Shown: positions 1 to 11,206 of the stretch, one piece after another
Position numbering within the stretch: the first letter of the stretch is position 1
Layout of the letters: each line of letters starts with the position of its first letter
Assembly (NCBI GenBank): GCA_049969675.1
Contig: JBMFOP010000028.1
Span: 2,399-33,055, forward strand
DNA length: 30,657 nucleotides
Source: Myxococcota bacterium
Lineage (GTDB): Bacteria > Myxococcota > SpSt-1050
Direction: 5' to 3'
The notes under the pieces: generated by a model
Told to the model about the DNA's origin: nothing
Seen by the model: only the letters and a program-made list of their open reading frames with translations
Databases searched by the model: none
Made by a program: the position numbers and the translations under genes

Positions 1-8
1 TATAATTT

Positions 9-37
9 TTGCTTTTTTTCACAGTAAATGATATAAT
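9..37 (+). promoter_or_regulatory. Sigma70-type promoter for the VWA gene
   Basis: TTGCTT (9-14), 17-nt spacer, extended -10 TGaTATAAT (29-37). SD GGAGGT at 56-61 precedes ATG 67. Confidence 0.7.
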
Positions 38-732
38 TTAATTTATTAATACGCTGGAGGTTTCAGATGAGAAAGTTTTTAACTATTTTTCTTGGTATTG
101 TAATACTCCTACCTTCCATAGCAATGGCAGGGACAGACCCAAACTGTGAATATCCAAATGTCCTTCTGCTCGTAGATAAATCTGGCTCTATGGACGATAG
201 CATCTCTGGTGGTCGCAAATGGGATATTGAGTATAATGCGATTAAGACAATTTTAAACAATTTTTCAAACAGTATAAGATTTGGGTTGGCACTCTTTCCA
301 TGGACCAGCTCCTGTCAGACTGGCCAGGTCCTTGTAAATGTTGGAGACAATACTGGTTCTCAGATTCTGAGCACCTTATCAAATAATGGTCCGGGTGGTT
401 CAACTCCACTCGCATCTTCCCTTGAGGCTATGAATAATTATTCGGGGATACACGACCCTTCAAGGAGAAATTTTATCCTCCTTACCACAGATGGTATGGA
501 TACCTGCTCAAATGACCCAACCGGAGAGCCAGTTCAGGCAGTTCAACTGCTTTATAATTCAGGCATTGGCGTATTTGTGGTTGGATTTGGTTCGGGTGTT
601 GATGCAACCACATTGAATAATATGGCTGTTGCAGGAGGTTATCCAAGGAATGGAAATCCTAAATACTATCAGTGCGACAATGCACAGGAGCTCAATCAGG
701 CATTAAATGATATTCTGAAAATTATCTCTCAG

Positions 733-1251
733 GAGATCTGCGATGGGAAAGACAATGACTGCAATGGAGAGATTGATGACCATATTCAGCCACAACCCTG
801 CTCCGGTATGTGCAATAAGCAGGGATTTAGATATTGTGGTAATGGGCAGTGGGGACCGTGCAGGGATGCTCAGGGGAATGAAATTCCGGAGGCTGGAGAT
901 GAGGGGAAACCCTGCGACACAAAGAAGCAGGGAGTCTGTAAGGATGGTATCTGGAAGTGCGATGTAAACGGAAATCTTTTATGTGATCAGATTACCCAGC
1001 CCGGATCTGAGGTCTGTGATGGTAAGGATAATGACTGCGATGGCTTTACAGATGAGGATGAGCAGGGGAATGTCCTTAAAAGGCCCTGTGAGAATATATG
1101 TGGCTATGGAGATGAATATTGTGTAAATGGGCAATATGACCCAAAGACCTGCGATGGACCAAAACCCAACAATGCCTGTGGGGAGTGTGGGCCTACACCA
1201 ACCGAGATATGCGACGGGAAAGATAATGATTGCAATGGATTGATTGATGAC
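733..1251 (+). repeat. Three intragenic 16-aa CDGKDNDCxG repeats (733-780, 1009-1056, 1204-1251)
   Basis: EICDGKDNDCNGEIDD, EVCDGKDNDCDGFTDE and EICDGKDNDCNGLIDD read directly from the translation. Confidence 0.9.
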
Positions 1252-2151
1252 CTTGCCCCCTGTGAAAATAATAAGATATGTATCAGTGGCACCTGTATGT
1301 CCTACTGTGAATCAAATGAGTGCCCAAAAGGTTATACCTGTAAACAGCTGAATCAGGGCATGATATGTGTTCCGGATTCAATGCTTGATTGTGTAGGAGT
1401 GAGCTGTCCTGATGGTTTTGCCTGTAAGAACGGGACCTGCCAGCCAATTCCCTGTGAAGATGGCAATTCAAAGTGTGTAAATGGAGTAAGACAGATATGC
1501 AAAAATGGGGTATGGAGCGAATCTCCTTGCAAAAACGGATTTGAATGTAAAAATGGAGTATGTGTAGAGATATCCTGTTATACAAGGGGCTGTCCCTCCG
1601 GTTATATCTGTAAGGATGGCTCCTGTAATGCTACAGACCCCTGTGCTACTGTCAAATGTAAATCCGATGAATTCTGCCGTGATGGTATTTGTGTTAAGGC
1701 TTGTGGATTTGTAAATTGTAGCGATGGGTATTACTGTGATAGCTTCGGGAATTGCGTGCTTGATAAGTGCTACGGTATAAAGTGCAGGGCAAATCAGTAT
1801 TGTGAGGAAGGCAAATGCCTTGTGGATAAATGTTATATGGGGGGTTGTCCTTACAATAGAATGTGTGACCAGACTACAGGTGAGTGTGTGGATGACCAAT
1901 GCGTATATATTGATTGTCCGGAGGGGCTCAAGTGCTATAAGGGACAGTGTGTAAAACCCGAGGATATCCCCGTTGTAATATACGACCCGAATATTGGTGC
2001 AGATGCAGGTATAGATGTCTCAAAGCCAGATACGACTGGCGGTGCAGACAGTTCAAATGCTGGATATGATTATGGGAATTATGAGCCCGGTGAAGATGTC
2101 TCTGTCTCACTTGAAGGCGGATTTGACCCGAGGGCATTTGACAGAGAGAGT

Positions 2152-4805
<2,654 letters not shown>

Positions 4806-4873
4806 TTAAGACAGCGGTGAAAAGGATAGGTAATTTATTTGATATTTGAAAACATATGGATATAATAAGCGAT

Positions 4874-6085
4874 ATGAATCGCAGAGTCTTACTTCTGTAT
4901 ATTTCTACCATAACTTCTTTAACAACTATATTTTTTACCTCCTGTTCTTCTGTGGTAAATAGCTGCAAATACGATACTGATTGTAAAGGGGATAAGGTCT
5001 GTAGAGATGGGGTATGTGTAGGGCTTTACGAGAATCTGGATATAATCCATATAATTGATATAGAATCAGATATAAAGGATATTTCTATAAATGATGGTGA
5101 AGGGTATGACTCTCGGGATATCATTCTTAACAGAGATGAAGAGTCAGTTGATATCATCTCTATTGATAACCTGGAAGATATTGCTCTTATAGATATAACC
5201 TGTCCATCCTCCTGTGATTATGAAGGTAAGAGATTCTGTAAAGATAATGGGTATATAGAATGTAAGAGATTGGATAAAGAAGACAGATGCCTATCTGAGG
5301 TATATACTGCCTGTAATCCCGGTGAGTCGTGTAGAAACGGAGCCTGTGGGATTGATGAGTGCACAGAGGGTGATAGGAGTTGTATAGATACCGGAAATTT
5401 TCAAATCTGTGAGAGGGATGAGTTTGGGTTTTTGAGATATTCTGTAAAGAATTGCGATATCGGGACATTCTGTGAGAAAAGAATCTGTTGCCCTGCCGAT
5501 ATGGTAGAGGCGGATGGATTCTGTATTGATAAATATGAGGCGATTGTCTCGGATTCTCCTGAATGCAATGGAGTAATATATGGACAGAGCAGTGACAATT
5601 ATCCTCAAGAATTTCCAGATGATGTCTCTCTGCCAAACAACCCGCCATCCATACAACTATTCTCCTGCTCAAAGGTCGGTCTGCTTCCGTCCAGATTTAT
5701 TACCTATAATCAGGCAAAGACCGTCTGCCAGCTCTCAGGGAAGAGACTCTGCACAAAAGAGGAGTATATATCTGCATGTAAAGGGGGAAGAGAAGAATAT
5801 AACTATCCATACGGAACCTCCTGGCAACCTTATTGTAATGATAATCTATTCGGTGATATTAAAAATTGTGGGGCTATGAGTCAGTGTGTATCTGCTATCG
5901 GGGCATTTGATATGTCGGGAAATGCTGAAGAATGGGTGGAAGAGGTGAATGGTACTTATTCAGCTATGGGAGGAAAGGTCTCTTGCGGAGGAAATATCGG
6001 GGAAAAGTGTTCAATGTGTAGTACAGAGGCAGTTTACAATGCAAATACCGAAAATAATTCGCTCGGTTTTAGATGCTGCAGGTAA
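4874..6085 (+). CDS. Cys-rich lipoprotein with C-terminal formylglycine-generating-enzyme (SUMF1/EgtB/PvdO) fold domain
   Basis: MNRR followed by a hydrophobic stretch and FTS-C lipobox (start 4874 preferred to 4856). CPADMV...FCIDKYEA, GKRLCTKEEY, YPYG, DMSGNAEEW and GFRCC motifs. Asp/Ile-rich linker. Confidence 0.85.
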   Translation: MNRRVLLLYISTITSLTTIFFTSCSSVVNSCKYDTDCKGDKVCRDGVCVGLYENLDIIHIIDIESDIKDISINDGEGYDSRDIILNRDEESVDIISIDNLEDIALIDITCPSSCDYEGKRFCKDNGYIECKRLDKEDRCLSEVYTACNPGESCRNGACGIDECTEGDRSCIDTGNFQICERDEFGFLRYSVKNCDIGTFCEKRICCPADMVEADGFCIDKYEAIVSDSPECNGVIYGQSSDNYPQEFPDDVSLPNNPPSIQLFSCSKVGLLPSRFITYNQAKTVCQLSGKRLCTKEEYISACKGGREEYNYPYGTSWQPYCNDNLFGDIKNCGAMSQCVSAIGAFDMSGNAEEWVEEVNGTYSAMGGKVSCGGNIGEKCSMCSTEAVYNANTENNSLGFRCCR

Positions 6086-8029
6086 TTATTGACCTTTACT
6101 CTTATAATATTGTTCAAGAATCTGTCTTACCTGATTGGCATCAGGGGCATCGGGCTGGAGTTTTAAGTATGTCTCATATTCTTTTGCAGCCTTATCTACC
6201 TGCCCAATCTTGGTGTACGCCACCCCGAGGGAACGATGTGCAGCAGCCAGATTGGGTTTGAGCTTGATAGCCTTCTGATAGTTGGCAATTGCCTCTGCAA
6301 TCCTATTCTTCATAAGGAGCTTATTCCCCTCGGTGGTATAATCTTCAGCCGTTGGCTCGGCTGACTCTGTCTCTTTTGGTTGCTCCTTGCCCTTTGGTGA
6401 TGGTTGAGTCTCTGCCTTCGTAATGGCCTTCTGAACTTTAGATGGGCTCTGAGATGTCTTCTCTTCTTCCCTCTTTTCTACTCTTCTCTCTGCCTCTTTT
6501 ACATTTTGTGCCTCTTTCTGCTGCATTGCTATCTGTGGTTCTGTCTTGCTACCCTCACCTATCAGTCTTGCCTTCTCTTTTAATGCCATCTCGTTGCTCG
6601 GGTCAAGTTCAAGCACAAGATTGAATTCGGCCAGTGCCATATTCCTCTTCTTCTCTTTTGCAAATGCCATTCCCTGCCTCAAATGGTAGTCTATGTAATT
6701 TGATTTGAGAGAGGTCATCTCCTTAATCGCCAGTTGATAGTAGTAGCTATCTTTTGGAATGGAATTAAATCTCTTCCATGCATCATCCCAGTTTTTAAGT
6801 GAAAGCGAGGCAATGGCTTTATCATAATTCTCCTTCGTCTTCTCCTCCATAGTCGCCTTGCTCAAAAGTTGTTGAATATCTTTATCGTCTGGATACTGAT
6901 TTGCAAGTACAGAGAGTTGATTCTTCGCCTCTCCCCAGTTTGCAGCCAGCATATTCCTCTGTATATCTTCAAGTTTCTGCTTGTAGACCAGATCCGTCTC
7001 CTGCGTTGGCCCTTTCTCTCCTTTTGGCAGGAGAAAGATTATCGCCACCACGGCAACAATAGCGATTATTATACCGCCAATTATTAGACCTATGGGCTTC
7101 TTTTTTATTACTACCGGTTCAGTCTTTGAAAAATCATCGTAGAATGGCTCCTTTACCTCAACCTCCGCCTTCTCCTCTTTTGGTCTCTGGGGCATTCTGA
7201 CCACTGCAGTCTCCTGATAGACCTGTGGAGACCTTTCGTCAATGAATTTGAGTTTGAGATGTCCAAGCTCTATAATATCGCCATTTCTGAGTTCGGTCTT
7301 TGCATACTGTTCGCCATTTACAAGCACACCATTTGCACTCTTGAGGTCTATAATCTTGAACGAATTATTCTCATAGATTATCTGGGCATGTTCTCGTGAT
7401 ATAGATTTATGGTCAAGTACTATATCGTTTTCCTCCGTCCTTCCTATCTTCATTACTGTCTTATTCAGAGAGAACTCCTTCTCCGGTAGATGTCCCGCGA
7501 AGAGAACCAGCCTTGCGGTGCTATCAGGAATCTCCTGTGCCTCCTGATTTAGTGGGGTGGATATAGAAGGCATCCTTATCACAGCTGTTGATTCATACTG
7601 AGGCTCCGGTGCCTTCTTGATAGGTGTAATCTCCTCCTGCACCGGCGCCTGTGCTTGAGAGACAACCGGTGGCTGAAATGACTCCTCTATCTTCTTCTGA
7701 ACCGTAGGAGGTAATTCCTGAGTGATTTCGTCTCTATCCTGTTCATACTTAAGTATTATCTTATAATCACCGATATGGATTATATCTCCGTCTTTTATAA
7801 ATGCCTTTCCGTGAATCCTATCGCCATTTATCTTTACCCCGTTGTAACTATCAAGGTCCTGAATGACTATACCCTGATTCTCCTTGATAATCTTTGCGTG
7901 AAATCTGGAGACATTGCGCTCGGTCAATCTGATTACATTCCCCTCTTTTCTACCAATAGTAATCTCGGGCCACCTGAATGGGACCTGAGTTATTCTACCT
8001 TCATCATCTTCTATAATAATCTTATACAT
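6086..8029 (-). CDS. Tandem FHA-FHA, single TM, periplasmic TPR protein
   Basis: Two FHA domains with GR, SxxH and NG motifs (IGRKEGN...VSRFHA...SYNG and IGRTEEN...ISREHA...SANG). TM IGLIIGGIIIAIVAVVAIIFLL. TPR repeats such as AIANYQKAIKLKP. Confidence 0.9.
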   Translation of the reverse strand: MYKIIIEDDEGRITQVPFRWPEITIGRKEGNVIRLTERNVSRFHAKIIKENQGIVIQDLDSYNGVKINGDRIHGKAFIKDGDIIHIGDYKIILKYEQDRDEITQELPPTVQKKIEESFQPPVVSQAQAPVQEEITPIKKAPEPQYESTAVIRMPSISTPLNQEAQEIPDSTARLVLFAGHLPEKEFSLNKTVMKIGRTEENDIVLDHKSISREHAQIIYENNSFKIIDLKSANGVLVNGEQYAKTELRNGDIIELGHLKLKFIDERSPQVYQETAVVRMPQRPKEEKAEVEVKEPFYDDFSKTEPVVIKKKPIGLIIGGIIIAIVAVVAIIFLLPKGEKGPTQETDLVYKQKLEDIQRNMLAANWGEAKNQLSVLANQYPDDKDIQQLLSKATMEEKTKENYDKAIASLSLKNWDDAWKRFNSIPKDSYYYQLAIKEMTSLKSNYIDYHLRQGMAFAKEKKRNMALAEFNLVLELDPSNEMALKEKARLIGEGSKTEPQIAMQQKEAQNVKEAERRVEKREEEKTSQSPSKVQKAITKAETQPSPKGKEQPKETESAEPTAEDYTTEGNKLLMKNRIAEAIANYQKAIKLKPNLAAAHRSLGVAYTKIGQVDKAAKEYETYLKLQPDAPDANQVRQILEQYYKSKGQ

Positions 8030-8111
8030 CGCAAATACGGGATAATTGCCTGCTTAATTACATAACATAAAAATTCAATCTCTTCAAGAAAACCAGATAT
8101 CCCCCTTAATA

Positions 8112-8972
8112 CTAAAAGAGGTATGAGACATTAAAGCCAATGGTATTGAATAGATAAGTATTGAATCCACCCATCGTGTAGTTATAAGAGAGTTCAATAT
8201 TTAGATTCTCAATTGGGGAGTAGCCGATCCTCGGAATAAGATTGAATGAACCTATATCCTGAGGGACTGTCTCAAAAGGATTGGTATTGTCATCCATAGA
8301 AAATGGGATATACATACCGACTCCTATACCTGCATAGACCCCTTTTGTTATAATATAGGCGTAATTGATTTCAAGTTGATATTGATTCTCTGGCCTCTCA
8401 TCGTAAAATGCGAGACCGGTAAATCCATATATAAGATGAGAGTCAAAAGTCTTTTCAAATAGGTATCTAAGTTTGAAGGTAAACCTACCATCTCCAATGT
8501 TATATGGCTCCGGGTCAATCTTATTTGAGGTAGGAATAAGTATTGATGCGGAGATGGAGTGCTTGAAGAACAACTCTTTTACAGGGAGTCTAAAACCAAC
8601 CTCAAAGTCCTCAAGTCTTGTGATATCTGCTGATTTCTTGAGCTCTGGCTCTTTTAGATGAAACTTCTCCATCTGGACCCTGTCTGATGGGACCTCTCTA
8701 TTTGCCTGCCAGATTCTCAGGCCGAAATCAAAGTTAAGTTTCTCTAAGATACCGTAGGTAAGAGATAATTTGTAGTAATTTTCATAGTATTTTCTATCTA
8801 TGCCGGAGGGCATCGCATCTGAACTCCCATTGTAGTATGTACTGGTAGGGAGGCTAAAGTCCATAGATAGCTGAGTATATACCTCTTTATAATTTACCGA
8901 GACCGGTTCCTTTGCAGATGCAAAGGAAGTTAATAATAGAGAGACAAGTGATAGGATCACAAATCTTTTCAT
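8112..8972 (-). CDS. Outer-membrane beta-barrel protein, possibly a SphA/COG4313-like channel
   Basis: Signal peptide ending ASA, alternating aromatic beta-strands, C-terminal BAM-type signature GFNVSYLF, SD AGGAGG. Confidence 0.65.
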   Translation of the reverse strand: MKRFVILSLVSLLLTSFASAKEPVSVNYKEVYTQLSMDFSLPTSTYYNGSSDAMPSGIDRKYYENYYKLSLTYGILEKLNFDFGLRIWQANREVPSDRVQMEKFHLKEPELKKSADITRLEDFEVGFRLPVKELFFKHSISASILIPTSNKIDPEPYNIGDGRFTFKLRYLFEKTFDSHLIYGFTGLAFYDERPENQYQLEINYAYIITKGVYAGIGVGMYIPFSMDDNTNPFETVPQDIGSFNLIPRIGYSPIENLNIELSYNYTMGGFNTYLFNTIGFNVSYLF

Positions 8973-9008
8973 AAATACTCCTCCTGTAGTAAATACATAA
9001 GCAAAAAT

Positions 9009-9036
9009 ATATTACACAAAAGTTAATTATTGGCAA
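9009..9036 (-). promoter_or_regulatory. Candidate sigma70 promoter for the beta-barrel gene
   Basis: Minus-strand TTGCCA, 16 nt, TAATAT. Confidence 0.4.
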
Positions 9037-9090
9037 TAAAATAAGAGATGATAACAAATAGTGAACTCCAAACTATAATATGAATACCCC

Positions 9091-9858
9091 TCAAGGATTG
9101 GTCTCTGGTATACTGATAGTCTGCTTTATGAGAATAAAGTATTCCTGATTTCCTTTTGCCCCTTTGAGACGGGAAGGGAGAAAACCCACTATTTCGCAGC
9201 CCAGTTCTTTTATGAATTTCTGGATATCTACATTCAGCCTCTTTACAACCTCAACATCATTCATCATACCGCCGCGCATCACATCCTCTTTTGGTGCCTC
9301 AAATTGAGGTTTGAGTAAGATTAGAATCTTTCCATCCGGTTTTAAGAGAGAGAGTGCATTAGGTAAGATCTTCCTGACCGAGATAAATGAGACATCAATT
9401 AGAACAAGGTCCATCTTTTCTTTTATAGTTGAACAATCAAAATTCTTAAAATTACATCTCTCAAATAAAACTACTCTTTTATCTGTCCTTATTGAATAAT
9501 CCACTACGCCATATCCAACATCAAATCCATATACCTTCTTTGCACCATTTTTTAGGAGACAGTCTGTAAATCCACCTGTTGAAATCCCTATATCTGCACA
9601 TATAAAATCTTTTACATCAAGTCCAAAATCAGATAATGCTCCTTCAAGTTTTTCTCCGCCCCTGGATACATATTTTTTTGCTATAATCTCAATCTCTGAC
9701 TCAGGATTAACAAGTGTATCCGCCTTTCTAATCCTCTCTTTATTTACTATTATATCTCCAGACATTATGAGTGCTGATGCCTCTTTCTTATCTTCTGCCA
9801 GACCTTTCTTTATCAGGAGTTCGTCAAGCCTTATTCTATTTTCCTTTTTCTTCATCAA
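9091..9858 (-). CDS. tlyA: TlyA-family rRNA (cytidine-2'-O)-methyltransferase with S4 domain
   Basis: RLDELL S4 domain, YVSRGGEKL, DIGISTGGFTD SAM motif, DVSFIS, KPQFE and GNQEY (K-D-K-E tetrad intact). Confidence 0.95.
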   Translation of the reverse strand: MMKKKENRIRLDELLIKKGLAEDKKEASALIMSGDIIVNKERIRKADTLVNPESEIEIIAKKYVSRGGEKLEGALSDFGLDVKDFICADIGISTGGFTDCLLKNGAKKVYGFDVGYGVVDYSIRTDKRVVLFERCNFKNFDCSTIKEKMDLVLIDVSFISVRKILPNALSLLKPDGKILILLKPQFEAPKEDVMRGGMMNDVEVVKRLNVDIQKFIKELGCEIVGFLPSRLKGAKGNQEYFILIKQTISIPETNP

Positions 9859-9861
9859 TAA

Positions 9862-11187
9862 TCAAAATCTCTGCCACAGCTTACGGGATAGCTCAATTGA
9901 CCTTTTTGAGAGATCCTCTTCATCCACATCTATGGTAAGTCTCTTATTCTGCATCAATATTTTTCCACCGACTATGGTAGTATCGACTATCTCCTCAGAG
10001 ATTCCGTATATTATATGTCCAAGCGCCGTATTATCATCAAGCGGTGTGGGTGGATAGTAGTCAATCAATATTATATCTGCTGCCGCTCCCTCTGATATCT
10101 CACCGAGTTTTATACCAAAGTGTTTTGAAACAAATTCTGGGTTATTAAATAGTAAAGTATTTGCGACCTCTGTAAAGCAACAACCCGGATTATTCTGTCT
10201 TAAGTGCTGTCCAAAGAGTGCGACTCTCAGTTCCTCAAACATATTGACCGTCATCGCATCTGTGCCGAGTAGAACTTTTATCCCCTTCTTGCTCATTGAA
10301 AGTATATCGGCAATCCCAACGGCATTATTCAGATTTGACTGCGGGTTGTGTACCACAAAGGATTTACGTCTTGAGATGAGATTCATCTCACCTCTATCTA
10401 TATGAACACAGTGTGCGAGGATACTTTTATCATTTAATATCCCAAATTTATCAAGTCTATTGACAACTCTCATCTTATAATTCTTCAGAGAATGCTCCTC
10501 ATCAGATAATGCCTCTGCACAGTGTATATGAAATCCAGCACCGAGCCCATTTCCTTTTTCAGAGGCGATCCTCAGGGTCTCATCCTCAAGTGTAAATGAG
10601 GCGTGAAGTCCAAACATCGCCTTTATAAATTCTGAATTTCTCTTCCCAGTCCATTTTATAAAATCCTCATTCTCTCTGATGCCCTCATCTCTGATCGTTC
10701 TACCATCTCTATCTGAGACCTCGTAGCAACAGGAGACCCTCAGCCCAGCCACCTCAGCCGCCTTTGCGATCTCAAAGAGAGAACCTCTTATTGAATTTGG
10801 AGATGCGTGATGGTCTATAAGTGTGGTGGTCCCGTGTCTGATGGCGTTTATCATCATCATCAATGAAGAGTAATAGATATCTTTCAGATTTAACTTCTTA
10901 TCAAGTCTCCACCAGAGGTTCTTCAGGACCTCATTAAAGTCCTTTGATGGCTTTGCCTTTGAGAGCCCCCTTACCATCGTTGAATAAAAGTGCATATGAT
11001 TATTTATGAGACCGGGCATCACCACCTTATTTGTGGCATCAATTATCCTGTCATATTTCCCCCTGAATTGATTGACAGATGCGATCTCTCTAATTCTGCC
11101 ATCTTCAATAAGTATTGCACTATTTTTAAGAACACGATTCTTCTTCCCGAGCGTAATTATGGTTCCATTTTTAATTAACATCTTCAT
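9862..11187 (-). CDS. ssnA: SsnA-like metal-dependent amidohydrolase (purine/pyrimidine ring hydrolysis)
   Basis: PGLINNHMHFYS, LWWRLD, GTTTLIDHHASP, MFGLHASFTL, HIHCAE, HNPQSNLNNAVG and LGTD. Start 11187 follows SD GAGGAG. Confidence 0.88.
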   Translation of the reverse strand: MKMLIKNGTIITLGKKNRVLKNSAILIEDGRIREIASVNQFRGKYDRIIDATNKVVMPGLINNHMHFYSTMVRGLSKAKPSKDFNEVLKNLWWRLDKKLNLKDIYYSSLMMMINAIRHGTTTLIDHHASPNSIRGSLFEIAKAAEVAGLRVSCCYEVSDRDGRTIRDEGIRENEDFIKWTGKRNSEFIKAMFGLHASFTLEDETLRIASEKGNGLGAGFHIHCAEALSDEEHSLKNYKMRVVNRLDKFGILNDKSILAHCVHIDRGEMNLISRRKSFVVHNPQSNLNNAVGIADILSMSKKGIKVLLGTDAMTVNMFEELRVALFGQHLRQNNPGCCFTEVANTLLFNNPEFVSKHFGIKLGEISEGAAADIILIDYYPPTPLDDNTALGHIIYGISEEIVDTTIVGGKILMQNKRLTIDVDEEDLSKRSIELSRKLWQRF

Positions 11188-11206
11188 ATATTCTCTCCTC
11201 TTTACT

